Source: Staphylococcus phage vB_SscM-1. Taken from it: a DNA stretch of 64,000 nt. Under the pieces are notes generated by a model. That model did not search any database, had not been told where the DNA came from, and saw only the letters and a program-made list of their open reading frames with translations. This document shows, piece after piece, positions 10,130 to 21,088 of this stretch (position 1 is its first letter; the number at the start of each line of letters is the position of its first letter). The DNA is taken from the sequence record NC_047767.1; one strand, written 5' to 3'. The position numbers and the translations under genes are program-made.

Positions 10130-10888
10130 ATGCCACAAGCAGATGGAAAGCACCAACTAAGTAGATTTGTTATCCAGTTCCCAGAAGAAGGGGATAATGG
10201 TTGGTATAGATTTAAAGTAAATCCTGAAAACTATACTTATGAGAAACCTCAGCGTTCTACTATACTTAAAACTAAATCTGATATTGTAGTAGAAGACTAT
10301 GGTAAAGATATAGAAGTTATAAACTTCTCAGGTACTACAGGTTTTAGAAGTATTAAAGAAGGTAATAAAACAAAAAATGGTAAACAAAAATTAGATGATT
10401 TAGTAGACTTAGTAGACAAATATGCTAAATCAGGAGGAAGTGGAAATAGACAGCAAAAGAGTATTATATTTTATAATATGACAGATGGTGTGTATAAAAA
10501 GGTTCACTTAGCTCCACAAGGTATTAAGATTTCTAGAAGTGTTAACGAGCCTTTATTATACAGGTATGATATTACTTTACTAGTATTAGGAGAAGCTTTT
10601 GAACCAGATAGAGGTTCTATATCTGACCCAGAGTTTGGTAATTTAACACCTAGTAATGAACAGAGTTTACAGAATAAATTAATAGATATGTTTGCACCTG
10701 CACAAGAAGCTAGAAAATATACAACTAACGCAGGACTGACAACAGATAGGGTAACACCTAAAACATATTCACAGACAAGTAACGGTAAACCTGTTTCTAA
10801 TCCTAGAACAGCAACTAATGGCTTATCAAGTACATTAAATAACATGTCTTTAATAATAGGATATGGTAATGGAGGTATAAAATATTAA
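10130..10888 (+). CDS. baseplate protein
   Basis: 252 aa. The RBS is AAAGGAG. The stop overlaps the next start (TAATG), which points to translational coupling with the downstream baseplate genes. Confidence 0.75.
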   Translation: MPQADGKHQLSRFVIQFPEEGDNGWYRFKVNPENYTYEKPQRSTILKTKSDIVVEDYGKDIEVINFSGTTGFRSIKEGNKTKNGKQKLDDLVDLVDKYAKSGGSGNRQQKSIIFYNMTDGVYKKVHLAPQGIKISRSVNEPLLYRYDITLLVLGEAFEPDRGSISDPEFGNLTPSNEQSLQNKLIDMFAPAQEARKYTTNAGLTTDRVTPKTYSQTSNGKPVSNPRTATNGLSSTLNNMSLIIGYGNGGIKY

Positions 10889-11412
10889 TGGAACACAAAG
10901 TAGAACAAACATCCGGTTTATTAAGATTTTTAAATTCAATACAAACAGATGGTTCATCTATACAGTATAACATATTAGACGAAGAAACTACTTTTGTTTC
11001 TAAATTTTATACGCCTAACTTACAATTGAGTGAACTATCTAAGAAAGTACTATATGATATACAGAATAACAATATTAAAACAGCAGAACAAGATTTTAAT
11101 ATAGATTCTATGGTGAACAAGATAGAGAAAACAACATTAAAAGTACAGGCACCAAGAATATACAGAATAATGCAAAACATTGTTCTAGAGGCGTATGCTA
11201 TTATAAACTGTTTTTTAGAAAACCCAGAATCTTTAAAGTACCTAACATCTACAGACATAATGATTGCAAGAGAAAACATTAATTATATAGCAGATTTTCT
11301 AAGTGATTATGATGAGTATAGAAGTGTTATTACAGACCTAAGAGAACTGGAAATTTGTTTTGGATACTTAGAGTACCAACTACCTTTAATAAAGAAAGAA
11401 AGTGAAGTATAA
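10888..11412 (+). CDS. baseplate wedge-like protein
   Basis: 174 aa. It is translationally coupled to both neighbours through TAATG overlaps at each end, and sits inside the baseplate gene block. Confidence 0.7.
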   Translation: MEHKVEQTSGLLRFLNSIQTDGSSIQYNILDEETTFVSKFYTPNLQLSELSKKVLYDIQNNNIKTAEQDFNIDSMVNKIEKTTLKVQAPRIYRIMQNIVLEAYAIINCFLENPESLKYLTSTDIMIARENINYIADFLSDYDEYRSVITDLRELEICFGYLEYQLPLIKKESEV

Positions 11413-12113
11413 TGAGATTTAGAAAACATGTAATTCAATACGGAGATACAATGCAATCTATAGCTCAATATTATTACAATAATGTAGGTGCTTGGATAGA
11501 ATTGATAGAACATAACAATTTAAAATACCCTTATATAGTGGATGATGAAGTATTAAAGAACAAAGACCCAGAAAGACTTGTAACAATAGGAGACACAATT
11601 ATTATACCTACAGAAGAGGCTTTATCTGATGTAGTATTACAAGACATATCTGCTAAGGATAGAGATGCATTATTAGAGCTATCTTTTGGAAGAGACCTAA
11701 ATATAACAAGAGACGAAGGGTACTTTAATGAAAGAGGTACTAGTGACGAGATATTAGGATTTACAGGAACTTCAGGAGACTTAGATACTGTTACAGGAAT
11801 AGGTAATATTAAACAACAATTACAGACAAGACTTTTAACACCTAGAGGTTCTTTAATGTTACACCCTGATTATGGCTCGGACTTACATGAGTTGTTTGGA
11901 AAGAATATTCCAGAGCAAGCTGTACTTATAGAGATGGAAGTATGTAGAACAATATTGTCAGATGGAAGAGTACAGTCCGCTAATAACATAGACTGGAAGA
12001 TAGAGGGTAATGAATACTCAGGAACTTACAGTGTAGAACTAAAATCAGTAGAAGAATCAATAAGACTTGTATTAGAAGCAGATGAAACAGGTGTGTTTGC
12101 TCTATTTGAATAG
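11412..12113 (+). CDS. baseplate protein with an N-terminal LysM domain and a C-terminal gp25/GPW-like domain
   Basis: The N-terminal segment HVIQYGDTMQSIAQYYYNNVGAWIELIEHNNL fits the LysM pattern. The C-terminal segment GNIKQQLQTRLLTPRGSLMLHPDYGSDLHELFGKN...EMEVCRTIL fits the gp25/GPW baseplate wedge signature. Confidence 0.75.
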   Translation: MRFRKHVIQYGDTMQSIAQYYYNNVGAWIELIEHNNLKYPYIVDDEVLKNKDPERLVTIGDTIIIPTEEALSDVVLQDISAKDRDALLELSFGRDLNITRDEGYFNERGTSDEILGFTGTSGDLDTVTGIGNIKQQLQTRLLTPRGSLMLHPDYGSDLHELFGKNIPEQAVLIEMEVCRTILSDGRVQSANNIDWKIEGNEYSGTYSVELKSVEESIRLVLEADETGVFALFE

Positions 12114-12128
12114 GAAGGGATAAAAGAC

Positions 12129-13175
12129 ATGAAAACTAGAAAACTAACACATATACTATCTAGGATGATAGATAAAACAATGATATCTACTAGTAAACTA
12201 ACAGACTTCACACCCGGTTCAGCGGTAAGGTCTTTACTAGAGGCTGTATCATTAGAGATAGAACAGTTTTATATATTAACAAAAGAAAATATTGAATGGG
12301 GAATAGAAGAGGGTATTATAGAGGCTTTTGACTTTGATAAGAGGCAAGAAAGAAGAGCCTATGGAGAAGTTACTTTAACATTCTATAATCCTTTAGAAGA
12401 AAGAATGTACATACCGAAAGGAACAACATTTTCTTCTACTAGACAACAGTACTCCCAACAATTTGAAACACTTGTAGACTACTATGTATCAGAAGGTTCT
12501 ACAGATGCTATTGTAGAAGTCTATGCTAAAGAACCAGGTATAATAGGTAATGTACCAGAAGATACAATTAATGTCATGTCTTCTGCTTCTACGCTCATTA
12601 AATCTGTAACCAATGAATACTCATTCTCTACAGGACAAGAACAAGAGACACAAGAAGAGTTAAAAAGAAGATTCCATGCATATGTAGAATCAAGAGGTAG
12701 AGCTACAAATAAATCTATTAGATATGGTACATTACAAGTACCAGATGTTACAGGTGTATATGTACATGAAGAAGTAGGATATGTTAATGTATATGCACAT
12801 GATAAAAATGGTAATCTACCTATAGAAATGAGACAGGATATTATATCATCTATAGAGGACTATAGACCTAGTGGTATTAAATTAGATGTAACACCGGTAG
12901 TAAAATTAGATACAGATGTTACAGTTAAAGTTACAATATCTAATAAAGCAAGAATAGGAGAATCATTACAATTACACGTAGAGAGTGTTATAAGAGGTTA
13001 TTTAAATAATATGGGTGTATCTGATAACTTTGTACTAGCTGACTTAACACAAGCTATTATGAATATCGATGACATACTTATATACGATGTAAGTTTTACA
13101 ACACCTCAAAGTAATATTACAACTAAACCAGAAGAAATTATAAGAGCAGGAAAAATATCAGTAGAGCTTGTATAA
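12129..13175 (+). CDS. baseplate J-like (T4 gp6-like) protein
   Basis: 348 aa. It lies directly downstream of the gp25-like gene, which is the conserved gp25-gp6 order. The RBS is GGAAGGGATAAAAGACATG. Confidence 0.7.
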   Translation: MKTRKLTHILSRMIDKTMISTSKLTDFTPGSAVRSLLEAVSLEIEQFYILTKENIEWGIEEGIIEAFDFDKRQERRAYGEVTLTFYNPLEERMYIPKGTTFSSTRQQYSQQFETLVDYYVSEGSTDAIVEVYAKEPGIIGNVPEDTINVMSSASTLIKSVTNEYSFSTGQEQETQEELKRRFHAYVESRGRATNKSIRYGTLQVPDVTGVYVHEEVGYVNVYAHDKNGNLPIEMRQDIISSIEDYRPSGIKLDVTPVVKLDTDVTVKVTISNKARIGESLQLHVESVIRGYLNNMGVSDNFVLADLTQAIMNIDDILIYDVSFTTPQSNITTKPEEIIRAGKISVELV

Positions 13176-13187
13176 GGAGGATAAAAT

Positions 13188-16100
13188 GTGAGTAATTTTT
13201 TAAAAAATCTACATCCATTATTAAGACGTAAGAAAAACCCTAAAGATAATGAAGATGTAAACTACGCTTTGATTAAAGTGTTAAATGAAGAAATGAATTT
13301 AATAGAGCAAGATGCTATTGAGAGTAAACTACAATCCTCCCTTAAATCTTCTACAGGTACTTATTTAGATAACTTCGGAGATTGGTTTGGAGTGTATCGT
13401 AAAAAAGACGAAGATGATGAGAAATATAGAGCTAGAATTATTAAATATTTACTCTTGAAAAGAGGAACAAATAATGCTATAATAGAAGCTATAAAGGATT
13501 ACCTAGAAGATAGTAATGTAGACGTTAGTATTTATGAACCTTTTAGAAACATCTTTTATACAAACAAATCACACTTAAATGGTCATGACCATTTAATGGG
13601 TTACTACTACAACTTTGCTATTATTAATGTTTCTATCGGAAGCTATTTCCCTATGGAGATTGTAGATGTTATAAATGAATTTAAGCCAGCAGGTGTAAAG
13701 TTCTATGTAACATACGATGGAGGAGGTACTAATACAGGTAACTCAGTTATTAAGGTTCTAGATGAACCAGTTAGTATTGATGTATACCAAAATATAGATA
13801 GACTTAGCGGGTACTCTGAAACTTTTTACGGTCATATTAATATGGGATTAAGAAAAGTTAGTTATGACAGTAAAACAGATATATTTAAAACCAATAATAG
13901 TAAAATTAATAGTAATGATGTGTTAACAGGTTCCTCTAGTATAGGTAGAGCATTTCATAACTACGCATACAAGACAAACTTTGTATATAATCCTACTAGA
14001 ACATCTACTGTATCCGAGATACAAAAGGTACTAGATGAAAAAGGTAGAGAGTTACCTTTAGAATATTATATCAATACCACAGAAAAGAATAGAGCATCAG
14101 TATACCTAGATATAGAGTCTACAACAGGTACATCTTTTATATATAATAACTTAAATTTAAGAGAATACTTTAGCCAGTACAAACCGGAATTACTACAAGG
14201 GGATACACAGGATATTAAAAATGCTATATCTTCTTATGTAGGAGTAGCAACATTTGATTTATTCATGGAGGCTTTAATTTCTCCTGATGATGTTGTATCT
14301 ACACAAACACAAGTATTTGATTTCTCAATAGGTAAATGGGTAACAATAAATAGTAGTGAAATAACTTATGGTATGAAAAATGTAGGAGCAGAGCTAGGAT
14401 ATATAAAAGACTACATGAATAATGAGCTTAACATGTTCACAAGAGTTTCTATAGCATCTTCAAGTGATGTCACAGTTAATATAAATTATCTAGACCTACT
14501 ATTTTACCATTATACACCAGATGTTTATACAGTTAAACCTTATAAAGGTCTAATAGAGTACTATATAGAACTAGATAGGTTAAGTTATGTAGACGCTTTT
14601 AAAGTAGCTTCATTAAACAATGGGGATATCATTTCAAAAGTAGGATATGAACCTATGGGGTATGTTAGGGTAGTTGGAGAGTCTAATGAGCCTAAAAATA
14701 TAATTCATATAAACGATACAGCAGAGCCTCCAATACCTGTGTATGAATTTCAAATAATAACTGATGAAAATGATGTATTTAATTATAGGGATACTAAATA
14801 TTTAATTGAGTTTGATATAGCAGGAGAAGATGCTAGTTTTGTGAAAGATTTATATGTTTACCCTGCTTTTATTTTAGAAGACTTTAGTGATTATAGTATA
14901 ATAAATAGTACAGGTGCTAAAGTATCTATTACTAATACTAAAGGTAGAGCTATAGTAGAAGTTCCTAGTTATGTAGATTTTGAAAAGTATACCAAGATGT
15001 TTATTCAACTAAGTACTTATAATTATCAAGAAAGAGAAGACTTAAAACCAGGTGAAGTAATATATGCAGAGCCATATAAAATAAGTTTTAATAACATTAC
15101 AGTTCAAGATATTTATGAAAGTACAGACCAAGCACCAGACCCAACAACTAGAATAAATAATGCTTTTGTTGATAATAGAACAATAGACGGTACACCAGGT
15201 AGAGGGAACTCAGGACAAGATGGTAATATCTTGCATAATGAAGCCTATACTCTTAAAACACCAGGAGTTTACAACCCTAAAGAGTATAAGATACTAGATA
15301 ATATAACTTTTAGAAAACCTATTGAAACTGGTAAAACCTACACAGTCCAAATTAAAGGTAAGTTAGGTTCTGATAGGACTGGGTGGGGTGTATATAACTC
15401 TAGTGGGTATATGAATGAACTATATGGAAATGGTAGTGGTACTATTAATGAAAACGACTATAATCCAAAAACTGGGATATATACTAAAACATTTGTAGCC
15501 CCTGAACCAGACCCTACAACTGGTAATCATAGAGAACGATTAAATACGGATATAGAAATATATCAATTCCCTAAAAGTGGAACTAGTCAAAGTACAATAG
15601 AATGGATAAAGATAGAAGAGGGTTCACAAGCTACTAAAGCAGGGTACCAGTTTGCTTATTATACAATGGCTTATTTACCTAAAGGTGAATACGATATATA
15701 TTATAAAGCAAAGGTAGAGGTACAAGAAGGGGAATTAGATATGGTAACCATACTAGATTTCCCTAATACTATAACAAACACAGACCCTAAATTTTTCGTA
15801 CCAATAGAAAATGGATATGTAAAAGGTAAGATATCTGTAAACCGTACAGACACCGAAGGTAGATTACTAATATATGCCGGACTAGCAGGAGCAACAGCAG
15901 GGAATAAGATTAGGTTCAGTGAGTTAGAGGTTTACTATTCTACAGACCCCGTAGGATATGTAGAGAACGAGATTATATTAAAAGATTCCTCTGGAAATAT
16001 ATTACCTACAGAAAAAGTTTACACAGAATATACCACACCTAATAGTGTATATAATGGTCAAAAAACTTATAATTACTCTGTTATGTTGCATGGTTCTTAT

Positions 16101-16715
16101 ACTAATATTGCAGAAATAGAATTCAGAGGTAAAGGTAAGGTAGATAATCTCAAATTGCAATACACTAGATATCCTATACCTAGTTCATGGAATACTCTAT
16201 ATGAAGCTGATACTATAGAACCTAACCCAGATTCATTTAGTTTAAAATATGATAATGAGTTAAGAGACTTATACGGATTAGAACTTATAGATTACTCTAG
16301 ATTAAATGCCTTTTCACTTGTCAAATTACAATCTTTATGGGATACTACTATAGAGGAAATAACAAGCTCTACAGGTACATTTACAGATATGCCGGATAGC
16401 TATTTTAATGCTACATGGCAATATATAGATAGACTAGATGAAATTACTATAGGTAGTATGAGTATTCTTGATGACATAGCAGGAGGAATGATAGATAACT
16501 CTATACAGACTGTAACTGTAAGAAGAAAACCTACTATAAGTCAATATACAGATACAGATAATAATTCCGTAGCAGAACCTCAGTATACAGAGGACATAAC
16601 AATGGGTTCCCCTAGAAGGATTAATGAATTAAGTGAAGTAACTATGATAGATGAGACAATTAATATAGATAGAAGAATAAAAGTTATAGATACCTATACA
16701 GAGCAAAAAACATAA
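13188..16715 (+). CDS. large baseplate/tail morphogenetic protein (1175 aa); GTG start
   Basis: GTG at 13188 lies 7 nt after AAGGAGG. It is a very long ORF in the baseplate block, matching the size class of the tail morphogenetic protein of Twort-like phages. Confidence 0.8.
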   Translation: MSNFLKNLHPLLRRKKNPKDNEDVNYALIKVLNEEMNLIEQDAIESKLQSSLKSSTGTYLDNFGDWFGVYRKKDEDDEKYRARIIKYLLLKRGTNNAIIEAIKDYLEDSNVDVSIYEPFRNIFYTNKSHLNGHDHLMGYYYNFAIINVSIGSYFPMEIVDVINEFKPAGVKFYVTYDGGGTNTGNSVIKVLDEPVSIDVYQNIDRLSGYSETFYGHINMGLRKVSYDSKTDIFKTNNSKINSNDVLTGSSSIGRAFHNYAYKTNFVYNPTRTSTVSEIQKVLDEKGRELPLEYYINTTEKNRASVYLDIESTTGTSFIYNNLNLREYFSQYKPELLQGDTQDIKNAISSYVGVATFDLFMEALISPDDVVSTQTQVFDFSIGKWVTINSSEITYGMKNVGAELGYIKDYMNNELNMFTRVSIASSSDVTVNINYLDLLFYHYTPDVYTVKPYKGLIEYYIELDRLSYVDAFKVASLNNGDIISKVGYEPMGYVRVVGESNEPKNIIHINDTAEPPIPVYEFQIITDENDVFNYRDTKYLIEFDIAGEDASFVKDLYVYPAFILEDFSDYSIINSTGAKVSITNTKGRAIVEVPSYVDFEKYTKMFIQLSTYNYQEREDLKPGEVIYAEPYKISFNNITVQDIYESTDQAPDPTTRINNAFVDNRTIDGTPGRGNSGQDGNILHNEAYTLKTPGVYNPKEYKILDNITFRKPIETGKTYTVQIKGKLGSDRTGWGVYNSSGYMNELYGNGSGTINENDYNPKTGIYTKTFVAPEPDPTTGNHRERLNTDIEIYQFPKSGTSQSTIEWIKIEEGSQATKAGYQFAYYTMAYLPKGEYDIYYKAKVEVQEGELDMVTILDFPNTITNTDPKFFVPIENGYVKGKISVNRTDTEGRLLIYAGLAGATAGNKIRFSELEVYYSTDPVGYVENEIILKDSSGNILPTEKVYTEYTTPNSVYNGQKTYNYSVMLHGSYTNIAEIEFRGKGKVDNLKLQYTRYPIPSSWNTLYEADTIEPNPDSFSLKYDNELRDLYGLELIDYSRLNAFSLVKLQSLWDTTIEEITSSTGTFTDMPDSYFNATWQYIDRLDEITIGSMSILDDIAGGMIDNSIQTVTVRRKPTISQYTDTDNNSVAEPQYTEDITMGSPRRINELSEVTMIDETINIDRRIKVIDTYTEQKT

Positions 16716-16762
16716 TATTTATAATACAGGTATGTAAACTTTAAAAATATTCAGGTATATAG

Positions 16763-16791
16763 TTGACACATAAGTATAATTGTGTTATAAT
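16763..16791 (+). promoter_or_regulatory. sigma-A-type promoter: TTGACA, 17-bp spacer, TGtTATAAT
   Basis: TTGACA at 16763-16768 and TATAAT at 16786-16791 with TG at -15/-14. It lies in the 160-bp AT-rich gap before 16875. Confidence 0.7.
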
Positions 16792-16874
16792 ATATGTATG
16801 CTTAACTATATACCTGTTATATTAATTACGAGCATAAAAACAAACAAAATAGTTTATGAAAGGAATTAATAACT

Positions 16875-17396
16875 ATGGCAATAGCAACTTATAATTCAAG
16901 TGTAGAATTAGCTAAATATTTAGTTAGTAAAGCAGATTCTACATATCTAACGATTGGTAAAACAACTCCGTGGTCAAATGAAACAAAACCACCACAACCA
17001 GATGAAAACACAACAGCACTACAAGAGGTAATAGGGTATAAAAAGGCAACTAAAGTAACACTTGTAAGACCTTTTCAGACTCCTCAAGATGATGGAAAAG
17101 ATACAATTTCTTATGGAAATACAGAATGGGTTATTGTACCTACAGAGAAAGCAACAGAAGAGGGAGCTAAGTGGCTCTATTTAGAAAGTGAAGTTGTTGG
17201 AGATGAGTTACCTTTAGGAACTTATAGACAAGTAGGATTTGTAATTGACCTTGTACCAAAAACAGGTATTAATAAGTTTAACTTACTTCCTAGTGAAGTA
17301 CAGAACACAGGAACATTAATGTTCTTTGATAACAAACAGTTCCAAAATAGAACAGAGCAAGTAACATCAAAAGAGAGAATGGTTATTCAGATTTAA
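16875..17396 (+). CDS. tail structural protein (173 aa)
   Basis: The RBS is GAAAGGAAT. It lies between the two giant tail proteins. Confidence 0.7.
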   Translation: MAIATYNSSVELAKYLVSKADSTYLTIGKTTPWSNETKPPQPDENTTALQEVIGYKKATKVTLVRPFQTPQDDGKDTISYGNTEWVIVPTEKATEEGAKWLYLESEVVGDELPLGTYRQVGFVIDLVPKTGINKFNLLPSEVQNTGTLMFFDNKQFQNRTEQVTSKERMVIQI

Positions 17397-17413
17397 GAAA
17401 GGGAGATTAATTG

Positions 17414-20400
17414 ATGGCATATAATTTTAGTTCAACACCATATTTAGATAGGTTTAATCCAGCTAAACACCATACAAGAGTATTGTTTAACCCAGATAGA
17501 CCTTTACAACAGTCTGAACTTAATGAAATGCAATCTATACAAACCTATTACCTTAAAAATTTAGGAGACTCTATTTTTAAAGACGGAGATAAACAATCAG
17601 GCTTAGATTTTACCTTAGATACAAACAAGGTACTGAAAGTAAATCCAGGGTATGTATATATTGATGGTAAATTAAGATACTACAATAGTGAGTCTACAGT
17701 AAGACTTACAGGAGTAGGAAGAGAAACAGTTGGAATTAAGATAGAAGAAAGAATTGTAACACCTGATGAGGATAGTTCATTATTAGACCAAACAAGTGGA
17801 GTACCTAGTCATTTTTCTAAAGGTGCAGACCGTTTAGAAGAGAAAATGACTCTAACATTAAATGACCCTACCTCAGCTACAATTTATACATTCCAAGATG
17901 GGGATTTATATATTAAAGCTACAAGTCCAGAGATGGATAGAATTAATAAGGTACTAGCAGAACGTACTTACGATGAGTCAGGTTCATATAAAGTAAGTGG
18001 ATTTGAATTATTCTCAGAGGGTAATGCTGTAGATGAAGACCATATATCACTTGTAGTAGATGCAGGGAAAGCATACGTATTAGGTTATAGTGTTAATAAA
18101 CCTGTATCAACAAGAATTAATGTACCTAAATCATATGAACTAGGTACATCTGAGAACGAAAGTACAATATTTAATACCTCTACAGGTTCTATTAGCTTAG
18201 CTAACTCACCTGTAAAAGATATTAATAGAGTTACAGCTCAAGTATTAGTAGATAAAGAGAGAGTAACAAGAGGAGCTATTGGAGATGGTCAAGACTACCT
18301 CTCTAACAACACAGCCTTTGAAGTTGTAAAAGTATGGACTGAAACAAGCCCAGGACAAACAACTAAGGAATACAAACAAGGTGAAGATTTTAGATTAATA
18401 GACGGACAAGCAATTGATTGGTCACCTTCTGGTCAAGAACCAAGTGGAGGTACAAGTTATTATGTATCTTATAAATACAATAAACGTATGACAAAAGATG
18501 TAGACTATACAGTTACTACTACAGGTGAAGGTGTAGGTAAGAAATGGTACTTAAACTTTACACCATCTGGAGGAGCTAAACCGATTGACCAAACAGTTGT
18601 ATTGGTAGACTATACTTACTATTTAGCTCGTAAAGATGCTGTAGTACTAGACAAAGAAGGTAACATAACTGTAATAGCAGGACAACCAAATATTTTAAGA
18701 CTTGTTTCACAACCTATAAGAATTGACCCTAATACATTACAGTTAGGAACAATTACAGTTCTCCCAGATTCAGAAGATGCAGAGTGTTTAACTTATGCAG
18801 TAACTAGACTATCTATGGAAGACTTACAGAAGGTTAAAAAACGTGTAGATGATTTAGAAATAAATCAAGCTATAAACGCTTTAGATGATGGAGCTATGGA
18901 AGGTCAAAACCCTCTAACACTACGTTCAGTATTTAGTGAAGGTTTCATTAGTTTAGATAAGGCAGATATTACTCATCCAGACTTTGGGGTAGTATTTAGT
19001 TTTGAGGATGCAGAAGCAACACTAGCTTATACAGAACAAGTAAATGCACCTGATATTATAGAAGGGGTATCTACAGCTCACGTATGGGGTAGATTAGTCT
19101 CAGCACCATTCACAGAAGAGAGAACAATCTATCAAGGACAAGCTTCTGAAACGATGAATGTTAATCCTTATAATATACCTAATAAACAAGGGGTATTAAA
19201 ATTAACACCAAGTGAAGATAACTGGATAGAAACAGAAAATGTAACTATCACAGAACAAAAAACTAAGAAGATTACTATGAACAGATTCTGGAGACATGGT
19301 GCTTCTCACTATAACGAAACAGAACACTATTTATACTCTAACTTACAATTAGATGCAGGTCAAGTATGGGAAGGTAAGTCATACTCTTATGATAAAACTC
19401 ATGGGCGTACAGGTACGCTTCTAGAGTCTGGAGGTCAACGTACTTTAGAGGAAATGATTGAGTTTATTAGACAAAGAGATGTTAAGTTTACTGTAAAAGG
19501 ATTACATCCTAATGACAATAACCTAGTATTACTCTTCGATGGTGTTAGATGTGCTATAACACCTGATACAGGATATAGAAAAGGCTCAGAAGATGGAAGC
19601 ATTATGACAGATGCTAAAGGGGTAGCAAAAGGTACATTCAGAATACCTCCAGGTATCCGTTGCGGTAACAGAGAAGTAACACTTAAGAACGTAGATTCTA
19701 CAAGTTCTACAACTTACTCAGCACATGGTCGTAAGAAAATAACACAGGATATTATTCTTAGAACAAGAGTTACAGTTAACTTGGTAGACCCATTAGCACA
19801 GTCATTCCAGTACGATGAAAACAGAACTATTTCATCTGTAGGATTATACTTTGCTAGTAAAGGTGATGCAAGTTCTAACGTACTAGTACAGATTCGTGGA
19901 ATGGGTGACCAAGGTTTCCCTAATAAAACAATCTATGCAGAAACGGTTATGAACGCAAGTGATATTAAAGTATCTAACAATGCTAGTGCAGAAACAAGAG
20001 TATACTTTGAAGACCCTATGATGGCAGAAGCAGGTAAGGAATATGCTATTGTTATCATTACAGAGTCGGATGCTTATACAATGTGGTTAGGTACTAGAAC
20101 TAAACCGAAGATTGATAAGCCTAATGAAATCATCTCAGGTAACCCTTACGTTCAAGGTGTTCTATTCAGTTCATCTAACGCATCTACATGGACTCCTCAC
20201 CAAAACTCCGACCTTAAATTTGGGGTGTATACTTCTAAATTTGATGAGACAGCTACAATAGAGTTTGATTCTATTAAAAGCGTAGAAGCAGACAGAATCG
20301 TATTAATGTCTACTTACTTGACTCCTGATAATACAGGGTGTAGCTGGGAGATTAAGATTATCTTTGACGACATGGATGAGAATGTAACATTTGACTCTAT

Positions 20401-20872
20401 TGAATGGCAACCAATTGGTAATTATCAAGATACAGAGCTTTTAGGACTAGCAAGAGAAGTTAAACTTAAAGCTACATTTAAGTCTAACAGATATATCTCA
20501 CCATTAATGAGTGTTAGTGATTTAACGTTTACTACATTCTTAACAGAGCTAAAAGGTTCTTATGTAGGAAGAGCTATTGATATGTCAGAAGCTCCTTATA
20601 ACACAATCAGATTTAGTTATGAAGCATTCCTTCCTAAAGGTACTAAAGTAGTACCTAGATATTCTGATGACGATGGTAAAACATGGAAAACATTTACTAA
20701 AGCACCTACTATTAAGAGAACAAATAACGAGTTCTCTCAATATGTAATAGATGAAAAAGTAAAATCATCAGGTAAAAATACGAAGCTCCAAGTAAGACTA
20801 GATTTATCTACTGAGAATAGCTTCTTAAGACCAAGAGTAAGAAGACTAATGGTCACAACTCGTGATGAGTAA
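17414..20872 (+). CDS. large tail protein, about 1152 aa, matching the adsorption-associated tail protein of Twort-like phages
   Basis: The tracked ORF begins at TTG 17411. ATG at 17414 lies 9 nt after AAGGGAGA and is the likelier start. The size and position match the adsorption-associated tail protein class. Confidence 0.8.
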   Translation: MAYNFSSTPYLDRFNPAKHHTRVLFNPDRPLQQSELNEMQSIQTYYLKNLGDSIFKDGDKQSGLDFTLDTNKVLKVNPGYVYIDGKLRYYNSESTVRLTGVGRETVGIKIEERIVTPDEDSSLLDQTSGVPSHFSKGADRLEEKMTLTLNDPTSATIYTFQDGDLYIKATSPEMDRINKVLAERTYDESGSYKVSGFELFSEGNAVDEDHISLVVDAGKAYVLGYSVNKPVSTRINVPKSYELGTSENESTIFNTSTGSISLANSPVKDINRVTAQVLVDKERVTRGAIGDGQDYLSNNTAFEVVKVWTETSPGQTTKEYKQGEDFRLIDGQAIDWSPSGQEPSGGTSYYVSYKYNKRMTKDVDYTVTTTGEGVGKKWYLNFTPSGGAKPIDQTVVLVDYTYYLARKDAVVLDKEGNITVIAGQPNILRLVSQPIRIDPNTLQLGTITVLPDSEDAECLTYAVTRLSMEDLQKVKKRVDDLEINQAINALDDGAMEGQNPLTLRSVFSEGFISLDKADITHPDFGVVFSFEDAEATLAYTEQVNAPDIIEGVSTAHVWGRLVSAPFTEERTIYQGQASETMNVNPYNIPNKQGVLKLTPSEDNWIETENVTITEQKTKKITMNRFWRHGASHYNETEHYLYSNLQLDAGQVWEGKSYSYDKTHGRTGTLLESGGQRTLEEMIEFIRQRDVKFTVKGLHPNDNNLVLLFDGVRCAITPDTGYRKGSEDGSIMTDAKGVAKGTFRIPPGIRCGNREVTLKNVDSTSSTTYSAHGRKKITQDIILRTRVTVNLVDPLAQSFQYDENRTISSVGLYFASKGDASSNVLVQIRGMGDQGFPNKTIYAETVMNASDIKVSNNASAETRVYFEDPMMAEAGKEYAIVIITESDAYTMWLGTRTKPKIDKPNEIISGNPYVQGVLFSSSNASTWTPHQNSDLKFGVYTSKFDETATIEFDSIKSVEADRIVLMSTYLTPDNTGCSWEIKIIFDDMDENVTFDSIEWQPIGNYQDTELLGLAREVKLKATFKSNRYISPLMSVSDLTFTTFLTELKGSYVGRAIDMSEAPYNTIRFSYEAFLPKGTKVVPRYSDDDGKTWKTFTKAPTIKRTNNEFSQYVIDEKVKSSGKNTKLQVRLDLSTENSFLRPRVRRLMVTTRDE

Positions 20873-20875
20873 ATT

Positions 20876-20898
20876 GAGGGGCTTTGCCCCTCTTTTTT
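20876..20898 (+). terminator. strong intrinsic terminator: stem gaggggc/gcccctc followed by a T6 run
   Basis: 7-bp GC-rich stem with a 3-nt loop at 20876-20892, followed by TTTTTT at 20893-20898, directly after the stop at 20872. Confidence 0.8.
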
Positions 20899-20925
20899 CT
20901 ACATAATAAAAAAAGGAGAGGTAAT

Positions 20926-21087
20926 ATGCCACAAGAATATAGAGACCCTTATTCAAAAGCTAAGTTGTTTATACCTACTCAACAAGAGAAGACAATTTCT
21001 CAAATGGAGGAAGAATTAAGGGATAAGCTATCCCAAGTTGATGAAGTATTAGCAAGATTGAATAAAGCAGAGAAAGGAAATAAATAA
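20926..21087 (+). CDS. small protein (53 aa)
   Basis: ATG at 20926 is preceded by AAAGGAGAGG. The longer tracked ORF (20884) would begin inside the terminator hairpin, so I prefer this shorter start. Confidence 0.55.
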   Translation: MPQEYRDPYSKAKLFIPTQQEKTISQMEEELRDKLSQVDEVLARLNKAEKGNK

Positions 21088-21088
21088 T

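Noticed and set aside
20884-21087. The longer 67-aa version of the small ORF
   Set aside because: Its first 14 codons lie inside the rho-independent terminator hairpin and T-tract. The internal ATG at 20926 has a proper RBS, so the shorter start was preferred.
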